From Octopus sinensis (Eukaryota), in contig NC_043000.1 in assembly GCF_006345805.1 (NCBI RefSeq), positions 96,100,001 to 96,164,000 on the forward strand: a stretch of 64,000 bases of DNA, in the 5' to 3' direction. Below, one piece after another: positions 13,547 to 28,469 of the stretch. The translations under genes and the position numbers were made by a program. Under the pieces are notes generated by a model. That model did no database searches and was not told the origin of the DNA. It was given only the letters and a program-made list of their open reading frames with translations. Every line of letters begins with the position of its first letter. The first letter of the stretch is position 1.

Positions 13547-15724
13547 GAGTGTGTGTTTTAGCTTTTGTGCAAGTTTATGTATAAAAATAGTGCAAAACTA
13601 GGTGTTGTAACAAAAAGTGAGACTTAGCCATCACAAGTTAGAAGGTTGTACAATGCTAACAAAATATGATACCATGAATATCATGTTATAGTTAAGATTG
13701 TGTAGAAACAGGAAGAAATATCAGTAAATGGAGTTTTGGTCACTTACGAAAAGATTGTGAAAAGTAAAAAAATAACTGTATAGTTTTGAAGTTATAAAGA
13801 CTTTAAAAGGGTATATTTTCCATCTTTAAAATATCTATATCTTTAACATCACCCACATCGATCCACCCACTTTCAGTAGGCCTGTGAAAGCCTACAGTAC
13901 AACTCCTCCTTGGGTAAAACAATTTTTCTATTTTTTAAATACATACCACCTAGTTTCTTTCTCCACTTACCTCCTCGTAACTTGAGGTGCTACTTGAACA
14001 CTTAATAACCACTATCTTTTTGAAGTTACATCAGATTCATTTCTCACTCTCTTTAATGTGAATAGCCATGTAGCTCCCCTACAACAAGAACTTGCTCTAC
14101 CTCACCCCTTCTCTCATACCTTAGCTCTCATCTGCTAGCATAAAGTCCCTCTCTTCAGGTTTCATAGGTTTGTAACCTGCATTGCAATGTTGCTAGTGCT
14201 GGTGGCATACGAAAAGTACCTAGTACACACTGTAAAGTGGTTGGCATAAAGAAGGCATTCAGGCACAAAAACCATGCCAAAACAGTCACTGGAGTATGAT
14301 GCAGTCCTTGGACCCATCAAATTCTATCACATTGCCAACCCATGCCAGTATGTCATGGATGTCAATGATGATGAACTTATAGAAGCATGTAACAGCCAGT
14401 GCTTCACTCAGTTTCATAGGGTTTACTGGTTGAGAGGTACATTTTTTTATATTAAACACTGGTTTATTGCAAATAACACTCTCAGATGATTAAGTACTCA
14501 CTTCTGACAAATGTACTGAAGCAACCAAATGTCTTCCACAGATTTGAACTCTATAATATACAAACTGGTAATCTGACACCTTATACACAACAACATTTTA
14601 CCCTCTTCTAAAATACCTGCATTACTTTCCTGTTGCTAAAGTACAGTTCAACAGGAAATGTAAGTTATAAAATATAGAAAACAGTCTGAATATAATGTGA
14701 ATGTACGCTTGGAGTTGTATCACTTTACAGTTAATAATATCACGCACACTTTGCTTCATATCATAATATAAGGGCAAATAAAGGCTAAAGATAGTTTTAT
14801 CAATGCTAACAATCATCATATTTGATAAACTAATTTCTAATGAAATATACATTAAGAAGCACTGTGAAGCTTCTACACAACACAGGTTTGCCAATATACA
14901 TGACTTAGAATCAAGCCTTTATTAAAGCTTATGGTTATTTTCCATGTCAATATTGATTAACTGAACATGAATATCATAATTGCATGCATGCTCACCATAT
15001 CATTGCATAAAAAAAAAACTCCAGCCAAACTCAAGATTCTAAATCTGCCTTTTAAAAATATTCTGTATATAATCCTATTTTAACTTCACACCTGCCACTA
15101 CAGAGAAACAGACTGACTAAATTCTCTCATAAATCATTCAGCATTATATTTTCATAATAAAAATGGTGTATAACACCAGTGATAATAAAAAAGAATAAAA
15201 AAAGGTATTACAGAAAAGTTCTGAACAATAGTGTACTTCCCTTTATAACTCTATACTTTCTGTGATGACCTTTGCAACTCCATTGAGGGAAAAACCTTTA
15301 GTTACCGGGGTAGAATGCTATTACTCCTCCTCACTGTAAAGTACGAATTGATCCATAAAAATCATTAATTCCTAGCCTATATAACACAATTCATAGATCC
15401 AACTATATTCTTTCTCATTCACATTTTCTTGTTCATATATCTCAATGAAAAGTTACAGTGAAAATCAGTTCTGTTATATTTTGCAAGCTTTTCTCAGCAA
15501 CATATTTTAGTTTATCTCAAATGACATTATGTCACCATATCTCTGAGAATTTTGTGTCCCCAATACATTGCCTTCCAGAGTTTCAGTGCCCTTAAACTAT
15601 CATACCATTCCAGAGATTCCAATGTTCTTAATCTTATACAAGAAATAGTTTTCCACAATAATGTACTTTTGGGAATATATATAAATATAAACTTACATTT
15701 ATTGATTCATAAATACATAGTTAC

Positions 15725-15769
<45 letters not shown>

Positions 15770-16515
15770 AGTATATTTTTGTTGAAGCATACTACCTTTG
15801 TTTTAATTAATTTAGAAAATGAAAAATTTAGTAAAATAAATGTCATATTAAGTGGTGTTTGAAACCATTTAAGAATACTGAGGGAAGGTTTTGAATCTAG
15901 ATCACTTTTAAACAGAAATTTCATATCATATGACCATGAGCAGTCTCAAGTGGGTTGGTATCAAAAGCTACACACACACACACACACATGCATTTACTTT
16001 CGTATATACATAATGTAAGGAACAAAATTCCAACAAACCCATGTAGCTATCCCATTTTTCTTATATCATTAATGCATAGTTATTACCACTTCTATTTCCC
16101 CTCTCACCTTAAAGTTAATAGGGTTGATTAAAGTTGATTCATTGATGAAGGCCTCTTAATCAGAGCATACTTGAGATAATTATTTCTTTATTTACATACA
16201 CACTGGCACTGCTTTGATATCATGTTTGCTAATCTTTTTTCCTCTAAACATAGAAGGATGAAAATGACAGTTATAAAACATCCTCAGGTTTTGAAAATAA
16301 AATACAAAGAAAAGACTACAACAGTTATAGGAACAACCAAAGAATTCCAAAAAAGTTTACAGAGATTTACTTAAAGAAATTCACTAGGTGTTGTTTTGAT
16401 ATAAATTAGGGGAAAAGTGACATAAGTCTTTTGTACAAATCAAATAAACACACACACATACACACAAACCAATAAAAAAAAAAAAAATTCGAACATTAAA
16501 ATTCAAAAATTTCTC

Positions 16516-16928
16516 GCAGGAGTGGCTGTGTGGTAAGTAGCTTGCTAACCAACCACATGGTTCCGGGTTCGGTCCCACTGCGTGGCATCTTGGGCAGGTG
16601 TCTTCTGCTATAGCCCCGGGCCGACCAATGCCTTGTGAGTGGATTTGGTAGATGGAAACTGAAAGAAGCCTGTCGTATATATGTATATATATATGTATGT
16701 GTGTGTATGTTTGTGTGTCTGTGTTTGTCCCCCTAGCATTGCTTGACAACCGATGCTGGTGTGTTTATGTCCCCGTCACTTAGCGGTTCGGCAAAAGAGA
16801 CCAATAGAATAAGTACTGGGCTTACAAAGAATAAGTCCCGGGGTCGATTTACTCGACTAAAGGCGGCGCTCCAGCATGGCCACAGTCAAATGACTGAAAC
16901 AAGTAAAAGAGAGTAAAGAGTAAGAGTA
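16516..16928 (+). mobile_element. Full-length tRNA-derived SINE (family A)
   Basis: A-box-like TGGCTGTGTGG (16523-16533), B-box GGTTCGGTCCC (16566-16576), internal (TA/TG)n and a simple-repeat tail. Decayed copies are scattered across the window (e.g. ~3040-3720, 10330-10660, 22770-23040, 26190-26580, 43400-43700, 46385-46560, 48380-48535). Confidence 0.85.
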
Positions 16929-19900
16929 TTCATTTTTTTTTAGAAAATGATCAATGTATGTGCAATCATCATCATCATGGTGGTATTGTTGTTAATCTAG
17001 AACAAAACAGGTCCTAGAAAAGCAGTATTTCAGTTTTCTTTAGATGAAGCAGGAAGGACAGAATCAATAAAAGATAAGAGGGTTGGATTTAGTTATGTTT
17101 AGTTAGATTAGTTACAGGCAAAATTTAGTTAAAATTTGAGTAGCATCAAACAGGATATCAAATTCAAATATGGACTGTAAGAATTTAGCCATTTGTAAAC
17201 AGAGATTGATAAAATAAATATCAGACAAAAAATACAGGGATCAGTTTAATCAACTAAAACCTTTGAAGATGGCACCTGTACATGGCTATAGCCCAAAGAG
17301 AAAGGTAAAAAGAATCTAGTCAAATTAGCTTTTTGCTGCAAAATAGCAGAACAATACTATACCCTATTCAGCACATGTCAAAGCTTAAATCAAGCATAAA
17401 ATAACCCACAGCTTTAAAACAGCAAAGTAACAGCAAATCAATATTAGCAAACAATGGTAGCCAATGAAATCAGAAGACAAAGAGATAAAAAATTTAAAAT
17501 TTAAAAATTAAAAAAAAAAAAAACAGGATAAAAAATACTAAGAACAAATGTGACCTATTTAGCAAGCAAACCTATGAAGTTTCTAAAAGATTAACAGACT
17601 AAACGTGTTTATAGAATATTTACATCCTCATTTATATGCATGTTTTCCTCCAATCAAAACCAATACCAACAAATGAAGAATGCCCACACCAAATGGTGAA
17701 TTATTTTCCTTATAACTTCCATCCAAGATTACTCCTGGCTATATCATACAAACTTCTGATTCTAAAGTAATCTAAATTAAAACTTTCCATCAAAATTTCA
17801 TGTTTATTTTTTTTCCCCCAATAATAATAACCTTAATAACAACATATTTAAATAAATTCTTCCTCATTTTAAAAAAATTATTGAAATAATGGCAATGTTC
17901 TTTAACAGAATACAGTAACTAAAGAGTTTAATTGGTTTAAATCAAAACCTTCAATCTAACATGTTAATTTATGTTCTCCAAACACCAGCTTAACAATAAC
18001 AAAGTTATTTTACTAAATTTTTCATTATTTTCATAATTAATTGAAGCAAAAATTCATTTCAATAATGATTTAGTAACAAAAGGTTAATGTTAGAGATATT
18101 TTTAAAAAGTCACATAAAACAATACTGTTTATATTCCTGAGAAGTTATTTTCAATTGAGAGCTCAACCCTTTTAACTGAAAATTTTGTAGTTGAGGATCC
18201 GAAGGTGCAGGGGAGTAATTTTCTGACCTAGCTATTTCTTTTAGCTGAATCCTTTCGATTATACATCCACTAAACACCTTAAGGTACACACAGCTTGACA
18301 CACAAGTTAAAAAGAGTATTGTCTATATACAAACTATAGCACTGGTAGCAACTACTACTATTCACTAAATCTTAAAATTCTTGATGCTGCTACCTGCTTT
18401 AAATATGAATAGTTTTATGAACAATAACCTGTAATTGGTAAAAAAGAAACAAAATAAACAAAATCAGAGGATAAAAGGACTATGGTGTTTGGTGGTATAA
18501 TGTTTAGAATTATCTGCATACTTGACTGTTTTGTTTTAATATTTTCAAGCTGTAGAAACAATAAGAACTAACATTAACAATCCTGAATAGCTTAGAAGCT
18601 TTAGAAAAACAAAATGTTATCCTTGAATCTAATACTAAACATGCGTCATCATTTGGATTTAAATATATCAAATGCTAAATATTTAAAACACCTTCGCCAT
18701 TAGCTAAAAAAATTGCTAACAAAAACGAAACAGTCAAACTAAAAAATGCACCTTAAGGCAGGGCTGAGTCATCATAACTAACAGTGAGAACACTGAATAT
18801 GATTTTTTTTTTTATTAGACGACCTCTAAAATTTACTTGAGATTACTATTAAATATTTGAAGCCTCAATTGAAGTCATGATCAAATCTGCAAAACGGTTT
18901 ATTGATTGTACTAGGTGCCAAAACATTTTCACTTATTTTTAGAGAAAGGCAAATAAGCCAATGTGCATGTATGTGTGCTATCTGGCTTGAATCACAGGAT
19001 AAAAAACTATAGTAGTAACTGAGGTTGTTGATTCTCAGGTTAAGCCAACAAGAAAACACTGGCATGAAATTAACACATATGTACAAATCCACTTGAGACC
19101 ACCACTGGTTCTATGATGCAGACTGCCAGCTTTAAAGTGACCTAAACTAAAACCTTTCATCAAAATTCCATGTTAATTTATGGTCCAAATACCAGCATAA
19201 TAAAGACAAAGTTATTATACAAAATTATTTTCAAAATTAACTGAAACAAAGGCAATGCATTTCAGTAGAAATATGGCAACAAAAGGATTAACAACCTTTT
19301 TCATACCAGGCTGAGCAAGACCACCCCTTGTTCTATGATACAAACTTCCTATTTTAAAGTGATCCAAAAAAACTTGCCACCTAAATTCCTGTAAATTTAT
19401 GTTCCAAACATTAGCTTAATAGCAAAGTTATTTTCATAAATTTTTTTTATTTCAAAATTAATTGCAATATATTTCAGTATAAATATGGTAACAAAAAGGT
19501 TGAATAGTTCATAATTATATAAGCATTGGCCCAATTAGTATTTATACAGTTTCACTTTTTCCTTTATTAAAATATAGCAAAATTTACTACTCCCAGTTTG
19601 TTCTATTTTTTTTATTTCACAGTTAATGAAGAACAGATATGTTGCAGACATAAAAACACAACAGAGGAAATAGTAGTAGGTTTCCTGGTATACCAGCATC
19701 ATTTCTCATATTACTATCGATGCATCATCAATATTGAATTAAACATACTGTAAATAGGATGTTCCAATATTTAAAAACAAACAAAAATTCTAAAGGAAAT
19801 ATCCCTCCAACTGTAACTAGTTCAAATTATAGTGTATGTTCCACTTTTGTTAAAGTAGTAATCACCACAACCACCGCTTAAGAAACCTTTAAGTCACACT

Positions 19901-20440
19901 GAACAACAACAACATAAAACAGAAAAAAAAAAGCAATCCCCAAGTTACCACTATATCATAAATACCGTTTAAGAAGGAGTTATATTACCCCAAAACTATT
20001 TTGTTGTTTATCAAAATGATTGCCATAAGAAAGCTTACTTTAATAAACACATTCCCCGTTATGTAATAGATTTACAACACATTTAGAATAAGAGGGATAA
20101 TCTCCAAATATTCTGTATTTTCAGCAGGAAGGTTTAATGATTATCAGCACATGTGCTGCCTCAACAACAAACAAAATCTAGAATTAAATTTTCATGTTTA
20201 TGATGCTTTAGTAATATAGTGTGTGTGTATGAGTTGGGGAGAGAGAGTTATGGTGTAACAATCAAGTTCAGCCAATAAAGTGGTAATTATAAAACTAATA
20301 TCACAACATTTTGTTAATTAACAGTAGTGGAGAGCTCAACAAAACAGCATTTACTATAATGTTTATTACACAATAAAGAGCTAATAATAATGCAAAACAT
20401 GTCCAAAGGTCTCCATGTTCTATGTAATAGTCTGTAGTGC

Positions 20441-20657
20441 TTAACCCTTTCGCTACTGTATTTATTTTGAGATGCTCTGTGTTTCTTTCAATTACTTTAA
20501 ATATATTAAGGAATTTAGTAAAATAACTTAGTTATCATTCAGTTAGGAACATAAATTGTGACTAAGGTTTGGTGGAAGATTTTAATTTAAAACTTATGAA
20601 AACAAGACATTTGTACTACAGAGCCAGTTTCAGCCGGGTTGGTAACGAAAGGGTTAA
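20441..20657. mobile_element. TTAA-flanked (piggyBac-type) MITE
   Basis: TTAA-CCCTTTCG...CGAAAGGG-TTAA termini. Decayed relatives at about 9890-10250, 15770-15965, 17720-18090, 19090-19505 and 24470-24674. Confidence 0.8.
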
Positions 20658-20701
20658 GCCACAATAAAAAGTGTTTGTGAATGTCTCATTTTGTATTATG
20701 T

Positions 20702-20931
20702 TTAACCCTTTCAATACCAACCTGGCTGAAACTGCCTCTGGATCTCTAGTACAAATGTCTTGTTTTCATAAGTTTAGAATTAAAATCTTCCACCAAACCT
20801 TAGTCACAATTTATGTTGCTAACACTAGCTTAATGATAACTAAGTTATTTTACTAAATTATTTGTTATATTTAAAATTAATTGAAAGAAACACAGAGCAC
20901 CTCAAAATAAATACGGTAATGAAAGGGTTAA
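20702..20931. mobile_element. TTAA-flanked MITE, inverted relative to 20441-20657
   Basis: TTAA-CCCTTTCA...TGAAAGGG-TTAA. The interior is the reverse complement of the neighbouring copy. Confidence 0.8.
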
Positions 20932-21257
20932 CCCACTCTTTACATGTTGGCATGGGCTAGATGAAACTTCTTGAGACAGTAATCTATAGTTAAATGCCAT
21001 TGTCAGTTCTTACTAGTTTCCAAGTTAAATACCTTATTCTATTGGTCATAGAAACCCTGAGCTGCCAGGTATGTTGTTTATGCAGGACACAAACAAAATG
21101 TTAGCACTGTTAAAGCAGTGTCGTCTACCAAATTTCATTCGCAAAGCTAAACTAGAAGTTACTTGCCCAAAATACCATGCAGTGAGAGTGACCCTGAAAC
21201 CAATAGTTGTGAAGCAAACTTTTTAACAACAAACCTCTGTCTGCAACTGTTTATATA

Positions 21258-21347
<90 letters not shown>

Positions 21348-21839
21348 TACACATAGCAATATATGTACATGCCTGTTGAGATAATTCATTATCATCATCT
21401 TTGTTTAATGTCTGCCTTCCATGCTAGCATGGGTTGGATGGTTTAACAGGAGCCAGCCAGGTAGAAGACTACACCAGGCTACTGTGTCTGTTTTGGCATG
21501 GTTTTTACAGCTGCATGCCCTTCCTAACACCAACCACCTAGAAGAGTGGACTGAGTACTTTTTGTGTGGCACCAGCACAGATATGGTCAGTTTTGGCATG
21601 GTTTTTATGGCTGGATGCCCTTCCTAGCACCAACCACTTCACAGTGTGGACTGGATGCTTTTAATGTGGCACCAGCAGGGTCACCAAGTAACTTACAAGA
21701 CAAGGAATTTCAAGAGAGGAAGGGGCATTGGAGGAGGTGATCTTGAGTCAGATGATGAAAGATTAGAGTGTGACAGAGAGGCTTGTTTATGTGTGCATAT
21801 GTTACACATATAAAAATATATATACATGCTTGTTGAAAT

Positions 21840-21881
<42 letters not shown>

Positions 21882-22798
21882 GCTTTTGTATCTGCTTTTT
21901 CTTCTAAAAGGTTTGACTTGTTGAGGCTGTTTTCAACAATGGGGTGCAGTTTGTGTCTCATTTGTTGCCAAGTACGTAGATCACCTATCCCCTCCCCACA
22001 CCTTTTTTGCAACAGGACATGATTCTATAACAGGTGTAAACAGTGACACAATCTAAATTGTGTCGCTGTTTTTATGCCTTAAGTACATAATATCAAAACA
22101 CACATGAGGACAATCAGATATACATATACAGACTTCCGTACAGTTTCTGTCCACTATTAAGGCATTTGTAAATCCAAAGCTATATCAGAAGTCACTTGCC
22201 TATGGTGTCACGCAGTGGGAACAAACCAGGAACTATAAAGCAAACTTCGTCCCCAGAGTCATATGTTATCATCATCATTGTTTTAACATCCACTTTTCTG
22301 TGTTTGCATGAGTCAGGTGGAGTTTACTAATGGCTGGATACCCTTCCTGTCACCAATGCTCACCCGTTTCCAAGCAAGATAATGTTTCCCCATGGTCAGA
22401 CATGTTTCCACAAAATATTGGAGATGAATCACACTGATTATTTGACAGTGACACTCATTTACAACAACCACACGATGTCAGGACAAGGTAGACAAACATA
22501 CATACACTCACACATATATAGATACATACCCTGGTGGCTCATCAAAAAGCATTAGATAATTTCTGCTACCTAGGGGACCAAATTAGTAGTGGGAGAGATG
22601 CACCGAGTGTGTGATATCTAGAAGAATTGGATGGAGGAAATTCAAAGAGCCTTTACCTCTGAGAGGCAAGAGATTCTATCTGTAAAGTGAATGCAGTGTG
22701 TGTACATGCAAGAACATGTCAGAACAAGAAATAGATAAAGGACTTTTCAAAAGTGGTCATTTTTATAATGCTGTTGTCAAGTGATGCTAGGGGGACAA

Positions 22799-22862
<64 letters not shown>

Positions 22863-23749
22863 CATACATACATATATACAACAGGCTTTCTTCAGTTTCC
22901 GTCTACCAAATCCACTCACAAGGCGGTTGGCCCAAGGCTATACTAGAAGACACTTGCCTAAGGTGCCACACAGTGGGACTGTACCCGAAACTATGTGGTT
23001 TGTAAGCAAGCTACTTACCACACAGCCACTCCTACGCCTACCATTGATGTTTACAATGACTGAGAAAATTTTGTTTCACAATCGATTAAATGAAGTTCAA
23101 ACATAGAAGCTTGTTGTCCTTACATCATAAAAGTATGAAATAAATATTATTCGAATAACTTACTAATTTTATAAGCTGATATTTTTTATGGTTAATTAAA
23201 AGTAATGAAAAATGTTAACAAGCAAACCAAATATACCTTGAAATTAACTTACATGTTTAAAAAAAAAAAGAAAATCAATGTAAGTCAACAATGGATGCCA
23301 TTAAAAAACAGCATATCTTATAACCAAAATTCATTATGACTTATCTATTTAAATATTTTTGGAGTGTTCTGACTCACTTCCCTCTTGAGTCTTATTTCTT
23401 AGATCAAGCTAAAGTCTGCATGACACTGTATTTTCTCAACTGATATACTATGTTCAGTACTCCCTCCTACAATTGTCCTTTGTCAAAATAAACGGAACTT
23501 CTAAACAGGTTTCAGGAGTTGTATCGTTATTATAGTAGAATTGTTCAACAAAATTGAACAAAATGTATTGTGATAATTAAAGTGGGCCTTGGTGATTTTT
23601 CCTTTCATTTTTCATTCCAGAAAACCATAACTTAAGACCATTTAGCTAACTGGATCAATTACATCAGCTAAACTTACTCATCAAAAAGTGGGCCTTACTC
23701 TATACATAGAGAGGCATATAGAGTTTTAGAGGAGGCAAAATAGAAAAGA

Positions 23750-24100
23750 TGAGAAGTGAGAAGTGGGTTGGAGTAATACTAGTTCAGAGGAACAAGGACT
23801 ATTGTAGTAGTGTTAGTAGACAGGAAGATACAGTACGTGTAGAACATAGTACAGGTAGTGCATTTATGAGTCATAGGTTAACTATTAATCAGATTTTCTT
23901 TGATTGCAATTGAAAATGTATGAATGTAGCAGCTGTGAAGTCCCAGGCATGTGAACATTACTTTAATGTAGTATCATTATACTGTTCAGCAATTCAGTAT
24001 TGCTTGACTCTGGATATGAAATCCAGCCTCGTATACTATTGTTGTAACAGCTTATAGACAGAGGAGGGAAGGCAATACCCATGAGCTTTTGTAGAGTCAC
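23750..24100 (-). mobile_element. Highly decayed CR1/L2-group LINE C-terminal remnant
   Basis: Minus-strand fragments TLK*CSHAW and Y*HYYNSPCSSEL resemble the post-RT motifs RPxLEYCSHIW and FYRYYNGxCSxEL. Confidence 0.4.
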
Positions 24101-24674
24101 CAGAATTAATATAGGGGAAAGGAAGGAATAAACGATGACTTATGGTCTATTCTCAGAACAGAGACCTAGTCTAAACATTTGCAACGGAATGCATTCTGCT
24201 AAAAGGGCCACAAGGCTCATGCGGTGGCAATAGAGTTAATCTACCACCCATTAATGTCTAGGCCAAGTTGTAGATGTGCAGTTTCAATTAATGATCAACA
24301 GACACTGTACAGCTTAGCATTTGGAGTTTGAAGATTTGCAGATCATCACTTCTGGAATCTTTGATGTTCTTCAAAATCATATACATTTTAAGGGAGAAAT
24401 ATCCAACAACCCTCAAATACTTTACAAAATGTTAATAGCTTAAACTCTGATGTTATTTTACATGAGTTTAACACTCTTGATACCAACCATCCTGAAACTG
24501 CCCCTGGTTCTATGACACAAACTCCTTGTTTTAATGTCATCCTAAAACCTACCATCAAAATTTCATGCTAATTTATGTTTCAAACATCAGCTTAATAATG
24601 ATAAAGTTACATTTAATAAATTGTTGTTTATTTTTTAAATTTACTGAAACAAAAGCAGTATATTTCAACAGAAA

Positions 24675-25060
24675 TCTATATATAAAGCTGAAGTTGTCTG
24701 TGTATGACAGGTTTGGTAGCCTTCAACTAACACTATCTCCTCCGAGACCCTGCGGCGCAAGTTGACCAAAATTGAGAGTATGATAGAAGGCTTGCTCTTC
24801 CTTCTGAGGAAGAAAAAATTTAAATTGGACCATGTTAACACCAAAAATTATTTACATAAAAAAGGTGCTTTTTTTCTATGAAAACCCCTATTTTTTTACG
24901 ATTTTTTGACTGCTGTGTCGCTATTTTTCAGTGTATTTCAACCAGAAAAATGTTCACTTAAAGAGAATAATAAGCTACATACTGTAAAATTTTTACTTTT
25001 CAAAAATTCCAATTCTAAAGGGCCGAAACAAACCTGAGCAACGCCGGGCGATACTGCTAG
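24675..25060 (+). mobile_element. Non-autonomous Helitron
   Basis: Starts A|TCTATATATAAAG and ends acaaacctgagcaacgccgggcgatactgCTAG|T. The 3' terminus matches the 3227-3625 element. Confidence 0.8.
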
Positions 25061-25960
25061 TATATTAAAAAAATTATTAACAAAGTATATAAGTATAGTT
25101 AAGTCATTAGCATAGTGAACTTGATATTTCTAGCCCAAAGAGGGAATTCACTTATTTTTAGTTTGGCAGAAGTCATTTAGTTCCAGGTTAGCCTTGATAA
25201 AGCAGCCCAATAATCAAATGTGTTCCTGTTATGGCCATCTTTGCTTTTATTCTGACACTGTAAGCTAAGGCTACATTTATTCAATATAGGATGTGATTTG
25301 AGGAAGATTTGTTTGCTATTTCAAGCATATCGAGTGACCAAACAGGAGTTCAATAAGCTTCAATAGTAATAGGGTATCAATAATCCAGTATGTTTACACT
25401 AAACTGCTTAATTAATTACTTGTTTATCTAATGTATAAGTAATATTAGCCTCTTAACCATTTCCATTAGGTGGTCAATAATTTTAGCCAGGATTATCATT
25501 CTTGCTTTTAATAAGTTGCCAACAGGAACATATGGGATTAATAAGATAGAGTAGTACAACAATATATTGTAGTGGTGATCTAACAGCAAACTCCTACAAA
25601 GGAATCTAATAATATTTCAGTTGAATATCTTGATGAAAGTAAATTATTGATGTTTATTTAATTAATCTCAATGGAACAAATATGTAAGTGGACAGCAATA
25701 GAATAGAAATGAAAAAGGTGGGAAGTACTTAAGCTTCATGTGTTTCTACAAATTTGGTTCAATGTCTTTTTATTGTAATTCTGCCTGAAGAAGAACTCTA
25801 GTAGGTAGTGTTTTACCAGTCACTTTACAAATGGAAGACGAAGACAGCTGAAATTAACAGAGCTAATGTTAACTTTGAACTTTTGAAGGACAGTTCTAAA
25901 GAGAAAATATCCACAAATACTGGGAAGGGAAAAAGAGAAACTTCCTCCAATTATTGCTAT

Positions 25961-26016
<56 letters not shown>

Positions 26017-28469
26017 TATGTGTGTGTGTATTTTCATTATAATAATGAATTTTGCATTAGTTTTGTGAGAAGAGAAAGATAGCAAATAGCCTGATTGGAA
26101 ATCAGTAGCTTCAGGTGAACTTTTTATACAATCTTGTACTTGCTGGAGAGACACTTGTCACAAACAGGAAATAGGATTATCTGGACATAGGCACAGGCAT
26201 AGTTAGTTCACTATGCAACCTCATGGGCATGCATCTGTTATAGCCCCAGTCTAACCAAAGCCTTGTGAGCAGGTTTGGTGAAAAGAAACTGAAAGAAGCC
26301 CGTCATGTATATGTGTGCATGTGTGTGAGTGTGTGTGTGTGTGTGTGTTACTGTTTCTTTGACTTGACGTCGCATGATAGTTATAAATGAATGTCACTAT
26401 TATGCAGTATGCATTGCCTTGCATTCCAAATATTGCGTAAAAAACATGTCAGGTTATGGGGAAATATTACCTTATTTGGAAATAAGTGAGAGTTGGTGAC
26501 AGGAAAGGCATCTGGCCATAGAAAATCTGCCTCAACGAAATTTCATGCAAGCATGGAAAAGTGAGCATAAAAACGATGATGGTAATGAAGATAACGATAT
26601 CAGAGTCCTTATTTTAAAGTTCAAGCCTCTGGAGTCTTCCCTCTGCTAGTAAGGCTCCACTAAGAAACCCTTTTCACCATTATCCTCTGATGATCATGGG
26701 TACAACTGGAGGAGCAGCCAAAATGAAATGCAACATCAGAGATATATTTTCCTCAGAAAAGGTGACTGGTCCAAGTACTGGCAAAATATTAATTCTGCAG
26801 GGGTATCCAATGGCCATAATGTTTTTAAATGCATTTTTTCTTTCGATGCATTGTTGAATAAAACCAGTTCAGGTTATTAAGGTACCAGCACTAACTAGAT
26901 GAGAGTGCTCAACTATCATTTATACTGTCCAGTTATTTACACTACACCAACTACAATGATTTGCGGTTTTATGTTACTTGTTGCATAAATAACCTCATTT
27001 AATTTTACTCAAAAACACAATAGAGATATAAATTATAAATGCATATGCAGTATTTCAGTTTTACTAAATGGCTTGTTAATGTAATGAAATTAAACAGCAG
27101 GAAAGAGCCTTTCAAAACGTGTGTGTGTGTTAGAATGTTTAAAATATGTAGGTTGATGGGAGATGATTTCAATAACATGGACAGTCAGTAATGCACCACC
27201 ACATTTATCTATCACCAGCTCTGTCTTTTTCTCCATCTGATACATTATGTGGTACAGGATGAGAAACCAATTCATGAAGAGCAGAAGCAATAAGAAATTT
27301 CTATCATAAAAGAAAGTGATAATAATAATAATAAAATAAAAGCTTCAATAGACGTTTGCTATAATGATCCAGTTAGTTAAGTAGGAAAAATGGGAGATAA
27401 AGAAAAGAGAAAGAGAAGGGAAAGAAGAGGAATTTAGGCATTTATTAAAATGGTGCAAATGAAAATAGAATTACCACCAACCAAATTCCAGCGAGGTTTT
27501 CAGTTTATGGGGAGGGGTGTATTTTTTCTTTATATTTTCAATTGCTTTTAAAAAAACACAATGATGTGTTCCAGTTTTTGAACTCTCATGACAAAAACAA
27601 AAACAGTATTTAAATGCCTCAGTCGATGAGGTTTAAAACCTTCGCTCAGCGGACTTGATAATGATTAATTTATTAATTTTCTTATTAGTATTTTTTTTTA
27701 AATAACAAACAATGTCAAAAATTAAATTTAAGACTGATCGAAAACAGATTTATATTTTCAGTTCAGTACCAAGCTCAACGGGGCATTTTTTTTTTTTTGC
27801 GCTGTTTTCATTTTTTAAGTTAATGGGGGAGATAGACAATAGAATGATTCTCGTTTATACATATTTTAATTTTTATTTAAACATCAACCAACGACTGGAA
27901 AGGTAAATCCAACCTCATACAAGTTAGTTATTAACTACAACGATAATGGAATAATCGGCAAGAAAAATACAGTACAAGCAACAGCATAATAACAATACCA
28001 TACAAGATAACCAAAGCGAGCTTGGAAAAAACAACAACAATTATTATTGTTGTTGTTGTTGTTGTTATCGGTGGAAGACAAAGAAAATAATGAATACGGA
28101 GAGAGAGGGAAAAAGAAACAAAGAGAGAACAACTAAGGTGAGGGAAAGACACTCTTCAATCTGATAAATAATTATAAGACAGAGAAAAATCAATTAAACA
28201 GAGGCTGGGCAACTTGGAATGATTTCATATTAAATGCATGATGTCAACACAGCCGTTTCTGAAGAAGAAAGAGATGAGCTACCGAAAATTCTGATATAAA
28301 GCAGACCCCCAACCCTCTTCAAGAAGAAATGGTTTACTGTCATCGTTCACTGGTTATTTATCTCTTTAGATAAACGCATCCGTACGTAAGAAAGATACTC
28401 CTACTCACTGGTCGTTATCACCAATAATATTAACAACTGCAATAGTAGTGACAACAATAACAACGACAT

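Noticed and set aside
16516-16590. tRNA gene
   Set aside because: A and B boxes continue into a SINE body and tail, with no intact cloverleaf.
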